This document shows positions 24,026 to 34,900 of a stretch of DNA of 64,000 bases, in pieces. The position numbers and the translations under genes are program-made. Every line of letters starts with the position of its first letter. Positions within the stretch are counted from its first letter, which is position 1. Origin of the DNA: Thecamonas trahens ATCC 50062 (taxonomy: Eukaryota > Protista > Apusomonadida); contig NW_013657622.1 of assembly GCF_000142905.1 (NCBI RefSeq), forward strand, positions 162,780 to 226,779. The letters run 5' to 3'. The notes beneath the pieces are model-generated. The model was not told the DNA's origin and did not search any database. It saw nothing but the letters and a program-made list of their open reading frames with translations.

Positions 24026-24968
24026 CGGATCCGGGTGGCCATTGAAGTCGACGACGGAGAAGACAAAGTGCATGCCGGGAGGCCCGCCAGCAGCGACAGC
24101 GACGGTGTCGATCCAGTGCTGGACAAGGAAGAGCTCGGGCGGGAGCGGGTAAGCGCGAGAGGCTGAGATGCGGGCGGTGTCGGCGAGCGACTCGAGGAGG
24201 AGGATGTGCGCCGAGGCGCCGGGGCGCAGGATGCGGTCGCCAACGTGCTCGGCGGCGTCGGCAAGGAGCGCGATGGTGCGGGCAAGGTCGTCAGCGTGCG
24301 AGGCGTCACCAGCCGGGATGAGATCGAGCAGAGAGTCGACGATGATGACCGCCGGGAGCTCGTCGTCGGGCAGCTCGTGGAGATGGGCGGCGTAGCGCCG
24401 CAGATCTGCGGCCGAAGACAGGTACTTGAGACCGATGCGGGCAAGAAGGTCGCTAGTAGGCACCGCGTCCGGTGCGGGAAGCTCCTCGGGCGTGGACGGC
24501 GGCGCCGGCGAGGTGGCGGGAGCGGGAGCAGAAGCAGAAGCAGAAGCAGAAGCAGAAGCATAAGCAGAAGCAGAAGCACGAGCGGGCGACCTTTTCCGGC
24601 ACTGGCAGTTGATCGTGATCGTGATCGTGATCGTGATCGCGGTCGAGGTCGTGGTCATGGCCAAGGTCGGCTGGCTGGTCGTGGGCACGGGCAAGAAGCG
24701 AGTCACGAAAGGGAAGGACAGGGCCAAACGGAGCGTGCGAGTTGCGGGAGGAGGTGAGCCAGTGGATGCGTGTGGCTGGGCTCGCGCCTGCCATGCTCAG
24801 CGCGTACTGCAAACCGAGCGAGAGGCCAAGCCGGGTGGAAGGGTCAGAGAAGACAATGGTCCGCCCACGGCCATAGCCCCCGCCGTCGCACATGGCGGCC
24901 GAGGCGCGGGCGAGAGCCTCGCCGGCGACGGTGTCAGGTGGGGCAAAGAAGAGCTTGCTAAGGTCCAT
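23924..24968 (-). CDS. SWSAP1-like (Shu complex, RAD51-paralog-like) protein; frameshift or intron near 24600
   Basis: SLGLQYALSMA..IHWL and LLARIGLKYLSSAADLRRYAAHLHE...PAVIIVDSL...LARTIALLADA resemble the SWSAP1 core. Low-complexity HD and AS insert. Confidence 0.55.
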
Positions 24969-25512
24969 GAGCAGCTGGAGAGATGTGGCTAGCAGGAAAG
25001 GAGTGGGGGGTGGTGTTGTGGCATTGCGACTTGGAGTGTTAGGTGGGGGGGGGGGAGGTGGTGTGAAACCCATTTGGTGGCGGGATAGGTGAATTTGATG
25101 ACGCCAGTAGTCGCAGTTGTGGAACCTAAATGAGCTTTTTCGGCATCAGGTCGTCTCGTATGGCTCTGATCAAAACGAAGTCAACGTCGAATCGAACATA
25201 AAACGTTCGAATGAAGATCTTCGGATCTTCTCAACGTTTCACTTTATGATCGGGGTGTGGTTAGCTGGGACTTGTTCCAGACGACCACCTTGGGTTGCCG
25301 CGGCCTTGCATTCCTGCTGCGGATCTAAAAAGAGCCCCCCCACCATTTCCTTTTTATCCCTTTTCTTCTTCTCTGGGTCCGGGACCCATGCGTGATGGCG
25401 CGCTGCACCATGGCACAGCACATGTGTGTGTGGCACGGCCCATGTGGTGTGTGGCTGCGATAGATGAGGTTTACGCCTGATGGTGGTGGTCGTTCGGATC
25501 GGATGACAGGGT

Positions 25513-26553
25513 TTATGAGGTTGATGCGGCAACATAGTGGATGCCGCCGACAGTAAAGTAGCCATCAAACGCAACCTTGTCGAGGATGCTGTAGTCAAAG
25601 AGCGAGACTGTGTAGAGGTTCTGAAAGTCGGCGACGTAGTAGACAAAGTCGTTGACGGTGTGGGTGGCAGGATAGCCGTTGCCGTCGGGCACCTTCCACA
25701 GCTTAGAGAGCGATCCGTCGACGGGATCGACGTCATAGAGCTCGTACGAGGCGAGGGCAACAAGCGTGTTGTTGGCACCGAGCCAGTCGAGGTTAAGGAC
25801 CGAGATGGAGAGCGCTGTCGAGTACAACCTGTAGTTGACCAGGTCCAGAGTGAGCAGGTGGCCACTGGCGTCGGCAGCGTAGAGCGAGCCGGTGCCGGAC
25901 CAGGCGACGGCGGCAGTGATCGAGTTGAGCGAGATGCCCGAATACACCTTGGTCACGTCGCCGTTGGCCACCAAGTAAAGTGCGTCGGTGCTGAGCACAA
26001 AGATCTTCAGAGTGCTCGCGTCGTAGCCGATCGACACAACGTCGAGCCCGGCAGGCAGGGCGGCGACCTTGGACAAGGCGCCCGTCGCCACGTTGATGCC
26101 CCACACATACTTGCCCGAGCCGGTGGTTACCAGCAGCAGACCAGCAGCAGAGGGCTGACTGTCCAAGACACCATTCTTGTGGAGCTCTGTAACTGCAGTC
26201 GGCGGAAGCCAAGCCGACGACGCACGCGAGTTTGCCGAGCTCCGATCTTGGCAGACAGTGGAGACATCATCGACCAAGACGGTAGCGTCACCAGTAGAGG
26301 GATCAAAGATCTTGACCGAGCAAGTGGTAATGTTGGGATATGCCTCCCGAATGATGGTAACAAGGCCACCACCAGCGGCGAGAAGGGGCGCTTCAGCACG
26401 CTTCTCCACATCGATCAGCTCATGACTCGTAGAGTGCCCGACAGGAAAAGTCGCTGGCGACTTGGTCTCCTCGCCACCACCACGAGCCAAGACCGTCACA
26501 GCCATAGCCGCCAGGGCAACTGCCACCACATAGCCAATCATGTTGGGGTACAT
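25513..26553 (-). CDS. Secreted beta-rich (probable beta-propeller) protein
   Basis: Signal peptide MIGYVVAVALAAMAVTVLA. Repeated blade-like motifs (FDPSTGD, INVATGA, VDPVDGS). No TM anchor. Confidence 0.7.
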   Translation of the reverse strand: MYPNMIGYVVAVALAAMAVTVLARGGGEETKSPATFPVGHSTSHELIDVEKRAEAPLLAAGGGLVTIIREAYPNITTCSVKIFDPSTGDATVLVDDVSTVCQDRSSANSRASSAWLPPTAVTELHKNGVLDSQPSAAGLLLVTTGSGKYVWGINVATGALSKVAALPAGLDVVSIGYDASTLKIFVLSTDALYLVANGDVTKVYSGISLNSITAAVAWSGTGSLYAADASGHLLTLDLVNYRLYSTALSISVLNLDWLGANNTLVALASYELYDVDPVDGSLSKLWKVPDGNGYPATHTVNDFVYYVADFQNLYTVSLFDYSILDKVAFDGYFTVGGIHYVAASTS

Positions 26554-26847
26554 GGGGAAATGAGGAGTAGCGGTGGTGGTCAAGTGTGACGTAGTGTGCG
26601 TGCGTTCGTGTGTGTGTGTGGTGTCCGGGTCGGGTCACGTGCCGGTGGGCGGAGGGGGGGGCGGAGGGCTTTGGTCGGACGGGCTTTGGTCGGACGGATG
26701 GTCAGCCTGGTCGACTGCGACTCGATGTGAAGTGATCGACAGAATCCAGCCAAGCGACACAGACGGAGGAGGGGGGGGGGGGGAGGGGGGGGAGGGGGAG
26801 GGTCGCCATCGGAACGGGTGATTACAGTTTACGTACATACGCGACCT

Positions 26848-29379
26848 TCACGAGCCCCGCTTGCGCTTGTTGGTCGATGAGAGGGCAACGGTGATTTTGC
26901 GGGAGAGGGCGCCGGCGGCAGGGGTAGGCGAGGAATTGCCGCTGCGCTCGGCGGCGCGGGAAGCCTCGCGCATGCGGGCAAAGAGGTTGAATGCCGTCAT
27001 TGACTCGTTCGGATACTGCGCAGTCTCATAGACGACAGCAATGTTGTGCAGAAGCTCCGGGTTACCGAGCGAGAGCGAGAGCGCCCGCTCGTAGCAGACG
27101 AGCGCGTCGTTGAGCTGGAGATTGACAAAGTAGATGCGGCCGAGGGAGGCCCAGAGCATGGCGTCCGGCGGCGAGGCCTTGACAGCCCGGTGGAGGAGGG
27201 CGTAGACGTTGGCAACAGCAGTAGCGTGCTCCGGGTCGTCGGCAGCGCCCGGTGGCACGTTGTGGAGGACGAGCGTGGTGAGCGCGCACGCTGCAGTTGC
27301 GTTGCCCGGTTCGCGGGCAAGGATTGTTTCGAGGTACATCTTGCCGCGCGCGATAAGATTGCTATTGTCCTCGCTGGCTTCGGCGTTCACAACCTGCTGC
27401 ACAAGATTCAGCGCAACCTTGGCCATGGCCGGCAAGTGGTCCGGCTCCACATGGTCAAGAATGTGTGTGTAGAGTGCCACGGCGTCCTCGACCGCCCCGG
27501 CCTCCTCGTACACCACGCCAATGTGGTAGACAACGTCGGCGGTTCGCAGCGGTGCAGGCGGCGTGTCGCGGATGGCGTCAAGGCACCGGTACGCGTCTAC
27601 ATATCGCTTCAGGTTGCGAAAGAGGAGCCCAAGCCGATAAAGGACCTGCGCCCGCCGCTGGTGGTCCATGGCGATGCGGAGGACAGCAATGTGCGCCTCG
27701 ACCGCCAGCTCCCACGAGCCAAATGACTCGTACATGATGCCGATGCCGTACCACAGGTCGGCGTTCTGCACCTCCTCGACAGAGAGCAGCTCCAGCGCCC
27801 GCTGGTACGCATCAAACGCGTCTGTCAGCCGCTCGCTGTCGCCAGTCATGAGGTACGCGTGCCCGAGCTCAGCCCACACCCCACCGGCCTCCTCGTTCAT
27901 CGTCTTGGACATAGTCTTGAGCGCTCGCGAGAAGCACACCGCGGCCTCGCCGAACCGCCCCAGGTGCTTGGCCACCGCCCCGAGCCGGAGCAGCGGAGCC
28001 ACCGCTACGAGTGGCACCTTGCTTGCCGCCGCAAATCTTGGCACCACGACGCTCGGCGTCGACGCCTGTGGCTGCGCCTGCGTATGAGTCGCCGCCGCAC
28101 CAAACACCCCGTCGTTGCCCGCTGCCGGCTCGCTTCCCATCCTTGGCGTGCTTGCGCCAGCCCCTAGCACCACGCTACTCATTGTCGACGTGCTTGCGCT
28201 GAGGGATGCTCCGCCTCTACCGGTCATCGGCTTGAGCGCCGGTACAGGAGCCAGCCCTGTAGGGCCTGGAACGGTCGTACTCGCCGGAATGGCCTCGCCA
28301 GCCAATGCCATCTGCTTCGCTCCCGGAGCATGCGGGTCCGAGTTTGAGCCGCTCTCCCCACCTGCGCGAGCTGCACTGCTCGGTGCCTCCGACGAGGTAA
28401 AGTTGCTCGGCGTCGAGTTGCCACTCTTGGTCTCGGTCGTGGTCGCAACTAAGGTCTTCAAAGCGGCGACAGCGATCGGAGCAGTCCGACGAGGAGCTAC
28501 ATTCTGAGCAATGTGGTTGGCAGCAGCAGTCTGATCGGCAGCAGCAATCTGGCCGGCAGTGGCGGTCTGACCAGCAGCAGCAGTTTCAGCAGGCTGACCG
28601 GAAGCAGCAGTCTGTCCGGCAGCAGCAGTCTGTCCAGGAGCAGCAGTCTGTCCGGCAGCAGCAGTCTGACCGGGAGCAGCAGTCTGTCCGGGAGCAGCAG
28701 TCTGACCGGCAGCAGCAGTCTGACCGGGAGCAGCAGTCTGATCGGAAGCAGCAGTCTGTCCGGGAGCAGCAGTCTGTCCGGGAGCAGCAGTCTCAGCAGT
28801 CTTACCGGCAGCAGTGTGACCACCAGCAGCAGTCTCAACAGGCTGACCGGAAGCAGCAGTCTGACCACCAGAAGCAGTCTCAGCAGTCTGACCACCACCA
28901 GCAGTCTCAGCAGTCTGACCACCAGCAGCAGTCTCAGCAGTCTGACCACCAGCAGCAGTCTTGGCAGTCTGACCACCAGCAGCAGTCTCAGCAGTCTGAC
29001 CACCAGCAGCAGTCTGACCACCAGCAGCAGTCTCAGCAGTCTGACCACCAGCAGCAGTCTGACCACCACCAGCAGTCTCAGCAGTCTGACCACCAGCAGC
29101 AGTCTCAGCAGTCTGACCACCACCAGCAGTCTGACCACCACCAGCAGTCTCGGCAGTCTGACCACCACCAGCAGTCTCAGCAGTCTGACCACCACCAGCA
29201 GCCTTTGCCACAACAGTGTTGGTGACCCGAAGGGGCGGCCTTGGTTCCAGCCCTCCCACCACAGACAAGTCAGGCACCAATCGCCGACATCCTTCTGCAT
29301 ACGCATTATACGCTCGAACATAGTCCCCTACACATTCCGCAGTGTCGCCCAGCCTCAGCCAGACCTCTGCCTCGTCCAT
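26848..29379 (-). CDS. Cyc8/Ssn6/TrfA-like TPR transcriptional corepressor with a large repeat insertion after TPR1
   Basis: EVWLRLGDTAECVGDYVRAYNAY, VWAELGHAYLM..AYQRAL..LWYGIGIMYESFGS..YRLGLLF..PPAPLRTADVVYHIG and LWASLGRIYF..LNDALVCYERAL follow the Cyc8 TPR order. Confidence 0.8.
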   Translation of the reverse strand: MDEAEVWLRLGDTAECVGDYVRAYNAYAEGCRRLVPDLSVVGGLEPRPPLRVTNTVVAKAAGGGQTAETAGGGQTAETAGGGQTAGGGQTAETAAGGQTAETAGGGQTAAGGQTAETAAGGQTAAGGQTAETAAGGQTAKTAAGGQTAETAAGGQTAETAGGGQTAETASGGQTAASGQPVETAAGGHTAAGKTAETAAPGQTAAPGQTAASDQTAAPGQTAAAGQTAAPGQTAAPGQTAAAGQTAAPGQTAAAGQTAASGQPAETAAAGQTATAGQIAAADQTAAANHIAQNVAPRRTAPIAVAALKTLVATTTETKSGNSTPSNFTSSEAPSSAARAGGESGSNSDPHAPGAKQMALAGEAIPASTTVPGPTGLAPVPALKPMTGRGGASLSASTSTMSSVVLGAGASTPRMGSEPAAGNDGVFGAAATHTQAQPQASTPSVVVPRFAAASKVPLVAVAPLLRLGAVAKHLGRFGEAAVCFSRALKTMSKTMNEEAGGVWAELGHAYLMTGDSERLTDAFDAYQRALELLSVEEVQNADLWYGIGIMYESFGSWELAVEAHIAVLRIAMDHQRRAQVLYRLGLLFRNLKRYVDAYRCLDAIRDTPPAPLRTADVVYHIGVVYEEAGAVEDAVALYTHILDHVEPDHLPAMAKVALNLVQQVVNAEASEDNSNLIARGKMYLETILAREPGNATAACALTTLVLHNVPPGAADDPEHATAVANVYALLHRAVKASPPDAMLWASLGRIYFVNLQLNDALVCYERALSLSLGNPELLHNIAVVYETAQYPNESMTAFNLFARMREASRAAERSGNSSPTPAAGALSRKITVALSSTNKRKRGS
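28520..29205 (-). repeat. Coding minisatellite of 27-bp (GGQTAETAA) and 18-bp (APGQTA) units
   Basis: Recurrent cagcagtctgaccacc / cagcagtctgtccgg units. Confidence 0.95.
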
Positions 29380-30049
29380 AGTGGCAATGCGGGCGAGGGT
29401 GGGGAGGAGCGGGGCGGGGAGGTGGTATGTATGTATGTGTGTGTATGTGGTGGGTGGGTGGGTGGGGGGGGGGGGGGGGGTCCCGGTCTTGCTCCTTGCC
29501 CTGGGCCTTGGGGAAGGTGGGACCCGGGGGGGTGGAAAGGGGGGGGGGGGNNNNNNNNNNNNNNNNNNNNNNNNNNNNNNNNNNNNNNNNNNNNNNNNNN
29601 NNNNNNNNNNNNNNNNNNNNNNNNNNNNNNNNNNNNNNNNNNNNNNNNNNCAAAAGAATTTTTGCTAAGGTACGGGAAAGGCATGGGAGGGTGGCCTGCT
29701 CTTGCTCTTGCTCTTGCGCCTTGGCGAGTGTGGGACGCGGGGTGGTGGGAAGGGCTGGTGGGGGGGGGAGGGGGAGGGCGTGTGCCAAGTCGGGTATAGC
29801 AACCTCTCGTTCGTCTGCCGCAGTCCGTTTCGATCCGTTTGTGTCAGTCGGATCGTTAAGGGACGTTGACCATCTTTTTTTTACTGTTCTCGTGGTGGTG
29901 TCTTTGTCAACATGACCACGGTCGCATACTTGTTGGGGAGATGGCGTGTGGGGAAGGGGAAGAGGGATAGAGATGGGTTGCTCGCTGGGGGTAGAGAGGC
30001 TTGTATTTTGATGGATGGTAGTGTTGGGCCCAACAGCGTCAAGTCTCAA

Positions 30050-33000
30050 CTACGCGAGCACCCCGACCTGCGCCCCACCGCCGACCTCATGCCAGGTCTT
30101 GCGGACAAAGACACGATAGGCTGGGATGATGAGGGCCGCACCGATGACAATGACGCCAAAGGCACCGAGGCCGCCAAAGACTGTTGCCGCAAACGACGCA
30201 TCGCGCCCGGCGACGTCGAGCAGGTCAGCGAGCACCGCCGTTGTGTACGCCATCAGCAGTACGACGTGCGCTGTCATGTCCATCCGCGTCACCAGCGGCG
30301 AGACGTACGGCTCGAGATCGTACGCTGCAAGGATCGAGACAAGGAACAGGCCAATGAGCACCACATGTCGGTAGATTGAGGAGACCGACCCAAACGCCAC
30401 CACCGCCGCAAACACCAGTCGCCGGCCGACAAACAGGACCGCAAAGTACCGTGACCGCGCCTTGAACGCATCGAACCAGAACGGAAAGGCGGTCGTCATC
30501 CACCGCGGCACACGCTCCACAATCTCGGAGTACACCACAATGCTCACCAGCGCCACTACCGGGATCACCACATACACCACCATCGGCACCGCCTTTTCCG
30601 CGGTCGTCAGCATCGCACACTCGATGTGCGGGTAGTTCTTGAGGTACGAGATCTTGGAGACAGGATCCTGCTCGCAGTTGAACACGTCGAGGATGTACGT
30701 GGCGAGAGGGAGGAAGAAAAGTTAGCCACAAGGCCCACTGCCCACACCACATGGCCCAGAAAGACCTTGCCCATCTGCGCCAGCTCTTCCGCCTCTACCG
30801 AGTCGGACCAAATCTTCCACTTGCCGGCCTCTTCCTGAGCCTCGCTCGCTGAGCCGCTATCACTGCTCGCCGCCGAGCTCAAACCCGATTCCATCACCCA
30901 CGTGTACCCTTCCGAGTCCTCGTCAAACGCATCGCCCATGACAGCCTTGGCTGCGGCATCCGCCCGCGCGCTCTGCCACCGAAGCACAAACCGGATGCCA
31001 AAGACCGTAATGAGCATGCCCATCAAAATCGGCGGCAGGACCAGCATTGTCTTGTATCGCTGCTCGAAAGTCCGGAACTCGTCGATGCACTCCAGTCCAA
31101 GACCCTCGGTCGAAGGCTGCGAGAACCTGAACAGCGCCACAAACGGCACCACCGCGTCTGGCAGCGACAGATCCGCCACCACAATCGTCAGCGTCTGGAA
31201 AAACATGATGACCACCTGCACAATCTGCTGCATATACCGCAGAAAGGCCTTGCGCCGCAGCTTTCCCGGTACGTGCTCGCTGCCGCCCACAGTTGCTGGC
31301 GCCGGAGTCGCTTCTGGCGCAGACACAGCCGCAGAAGCCGAGTCGAAACCCGAGCCTGTGCTTGTCGCCGAGCCCGAGCTGGAGCCCGAGCTGGAGCCCG
31401 AGCTGTGGCTCACGCTCGTCTCCTGTTCCTCTTGCTCGCTGGAAGCCCACCGCTTGGCTCTCCAGCACCGCCACGACTCTGACAGGATGTGGTCCCAGCG
31501 GCGGACGTTGCGCGGAATGATGTCGCGGAACATGGCGACAGCGATGAGGACCACAAGAATGAGCAACACGGTGAGAACAAAGACCAGCGGCCAGACGCCC
31601 GCAGAGTCGACGCACAGGATGCACTCGCCATTGCGGGAAAAGTACCCGTCGAGGCACTCGGCACACAGCCTTCCGGTATGTCCGGCCCGGCAGTCGAATG
31701 CCTCGGTCTCAGACCCTCCGTCAGCTGTCGACGCTGTGACCACGCACGGGTTCGCCGGATCGTCGATCTTCATCGATCCGTACTGGCAGGCCACAAACTC
31801 GCCCGGAACCGTCGTCGTCATCGTCACCGACGCGTTGAAGAGCGAGGAGACCGAGACTGCTGCGCGCGCAGCTGGCCCCACGGAACTGTCCCCGGTTCCC
31901 GGGACAGTCAGCGCAAAAGGATTGATGACCGACCGCATCACGGTCGACGGAAAGTAGCCCGACTGCGGTACCATGCGCGGGACCGCCACCTCTGGGTGCC
32001 CCGAGCACTCGGCGTTGGCGAGGCAGAGTGCGCAGGAAGATGTGCCACCAAGCGATGTGTTGTAGTAGTTCTCGCGGCATCGGCACATCAGATAGCGATG
32101 GTAGCCCGGGTCGACCTTCACTTCCATCCCGCGAGAGCTCATAAACGACGGACATGCACCACCTGCCAGCACAGTGGTGTCGGCCGCGTTGTAGTCCGGG
32201 GTGAGGAAGGCTGGGAGGAACGGGCCCGGTCCGAGTTTGGCACGTAGCGCCTCGTTGCCGCGCAAATCGACCGATCGCAGGGCGGGCATCTCGCCGAGCA
32301 ACTGCGGAACGACGCCGGTCAGCAGATTGTTGGCCAGGTCAAGCGACTGGAGATGGACAAACGCCTCGCGATCTCGGTCGTGATCTGCAGCGGACCGCCG
32401 ATCTTGTTACCGCTGAGGTCGAGCGTCCGAATGTTGGGCATCGACCGGTAGATTCGCGCCAAGGAAAACCCGGGGCCCATGAGCGCAGCATTGTCGCTCA
32501 TGTCCAGTGAGGTCAGGCCGAGCGGAAGCAGGTCGATGGCACGCCCGAGCTCGGTCAAGTTGTTCGACGACATGTCAAAAGCATTCAAGTTCGGCACCTG
32601 ACTCTTGAACTGCGCACTGATGGATGTCAGCTCGTTGCCAGCCACTCGGACGATTTGGATGTTGTCCATGGCCCCTCCGAACGAGAGCGCCCCTCTCAGC
32701 TTGTTGCGGGACAAGTCGACATCACGCAATGTCATGTTGAACGGCCAGAGCGTCGGCATGATGGGGAACAGGTTGTCATTAAGGTACACGTCCTGCAAAA
32801 AGATCATCTCCTGGTTCGTACCAAGAGGGACAGAGGCAAAGCCGGTCAGCTGATTGTTGGAGAGGTCGAGCCGCAGGAGCGGCGACGACTCGGCGTAAAG
32901 CAAGTCGGACGGCACTGTGCCGGTCAAGTTGTTGGACGCCAGGTTGACGTTGGCCAGTGACCATGACCCGGACGGAATAGTGCCACTCAGCTGGGTGTTG

Positions 33001-34220
33001 CCCATGGACAGCCGCTCCAGCTGCGGCAGCGTGTTGATGATAGGCACCGTTCCGCCCAGCGGGTTCGAGTCGAGGATGAGCTGGGCCAGGGCGCCGCTGG
33101 TGGGCAACATGGCCCCGGAGACTTGACCGGAGAGCACGTTGAACGAGAGGTTGAGGATGACGAGGGCAGTGAGCGGACGGAGCTGCCCCGAGTCGATCGG
33201 GCCCTCGAGGTAGTTGTTCTGCAGCTCGAGGCCAACCAGCGCCTCGTTCCACGTCGACGGGAAGAACGGCAGTGAGCCGCCGATACGGCAGTCGGCGAGG
33301 TCAATGTACGACGGGGCACGGAGCGCGAGAACGCCCGCTGGCATGGCCGGCGACGTCACATCCAGGGCCGCAAGCATGAGCATGTCGACGTAGCCGTCGG
33401 GCGTGCACACCACGCCGTACCAGTTGTCCAAGCACGGGTCGCTCAGCAGGTTGTATGGGCGCCACGGCTTGCCGTTGCGGTTCTCGCCCGGAAAGGCCCA
33501 GCTTGCGCCTCCCGACGTGTTGTAGAACGAGACAAGGGCGTCACGCTCCGACGCCACCATCGGCGACTGCGTCACTTCGACCGAGAGCCGCCCGTTGGCA
33601 CCCGCATCGCGGTACGGCTGGATAGCGGACTTGAACTCGTCCTCGTTGCGGAGAATGTAGGCCACAAAGTCGCTGGGGAGATCGTTAAGAAACGAGGGCG
33701 AGCCGGCGATGGACTTGCGATAGCCATTGACCGAGTACTCGGTGTCGAGGCCAAGGGCAAAGGGAGCCACAAGAAGGCCTTTAGCGCCCCACTGAGAGAC
33801 TTTCTGCGCGAGAAGAGCCACATCACAGGTAGCCAGCTTCCGATTGAGCTCGTCGTTGTCAAAAACAGGTTCAAAGATGATTAGAACAGCCATTTTCCCC
33901 ACAAAGTGTGCCGGCGGATCAGGACTATTCCCACACGGATCATTCTCCATAAAGAACAGTGGAAGTTGAAGAGAACGAGCTCCACCAGTTGGACTTCCAC
34001 CCAAACTGCCAGAAAAGAGAAACTCGGTCATTTGCGTCGCATCGTTCCGCGAATCGAGCTCGATGCTCGGTTCAGAAGAGTCGCTCGTGGAGAGTATCAG
34101 TTTTTGTCCCCGTGCCAGCGGGTCAGCTCCTGCACTCTTTTCAGCCACACACACAGCCATGACCACAAAGATCACGACCAGTTTCCTTGCAAACATGGTG
34201 GGCTTGACTCTGCCCGCCAT
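30050..34220 (-). CDS. LRR receptor-like multi-pass membrane protein (signal peptide, PA-like domain, LRRNT, LRRs, Cys-rich stalk, ~7 TM); frameshifts near 32380 and 30715
   Basis: SERDALVSFYNTSGGASW..PCLDNWYGVVC. Plant-type LxxLxLxxNxLsGxIP repeats. CRAGHTGRLCAECLDGYF. Several hydrophobic helices with YFAVLFVGRRLVFA..EPY. Confidence 0.8.
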
Positions 34221-34395
34221 TGCTTGTGGGGAGGGGGTCGGGGTCAGGAAGTGAGGTATGCAACTGGCCTGGGCATTGGGGGGGGGGGGGGGGGGGAGGA
34301 GGGGGGATCGTGAGCGGCTGGCCGCGCAGCCTTGGGCCGCGTGGGTTAGTGTGAAATTGTGTGGCGGTGAGTTTTTGGGGGGTTTGACAGGAGCC

Positions 34396-34712
34396 CTGCC
34401 GCGACTGGTGCCAAGGCTCGCAGGAAGGTGAGCAAAGCGAAGCGGCCGGTACCTTGCTTGCTAAGAGCTCCCATGGCGTCGACTCAGTCGGCTTCGACGG
34501 AGCGGGAACCCGTCCACCCAACCGCTTTGATGACGATGCGCGACGACGATGGCCATGATCTCGGATGATAGCGAGCTCACGACGATCGCTTGTGTACACA
34601 CGGTTTACCGGGCTAGTCGGCACAATGCGCTGGCACTGGAGGCCAGCGCGGGACAATGCGCGGAAATCTCTCAAGCCGTCGAGCCAGCGACGCGACCGCT
34701 CGGCCGGCGCCG
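34396..34712 (+). repeat. Dispersed repeat, copy 1 (paralogous to 47857-48236)
   Basis: Shared blocks gctaagagctcc.atggcgtcgac.cagtcggct.cgacggagcgggaaccc, tttgatgacgatgcgc and ctcaagccgtcgagccagcg..gcgac.gctcggccggc. Confidence 0.85.
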
Positions 34713-34900
34713 CGAGCGGAGGTAGGCAAGGAATCGAACTTTTGCCGCTTCCTGCTCCGACCGTCGCCGAGGTGCAAGAGGCATCACTATCGTCGTCGTC
34801 GTCGGCGTCGTCACCGTCGTCATCGTCATCGCCTTGAGGAACGCTAAACAAAGGCCTGCATTCCGCAAACGCCCTCCACAGATGGCAGCACGACATGCCT

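Noticed and set aside
29480-29770. Direct repeat flanking the gap
   Set aside because: Similar sequence on both sides of the 100-N gap suggests unmerged contig ends.
28497-29799. Ser/Thr/Leu-rich plus-strand ORF and LLVVR alternative-frame ORF
   Set aside because: Shadow frames of the stop-poor GQTA minisatellite in the Cyc8-like gene.
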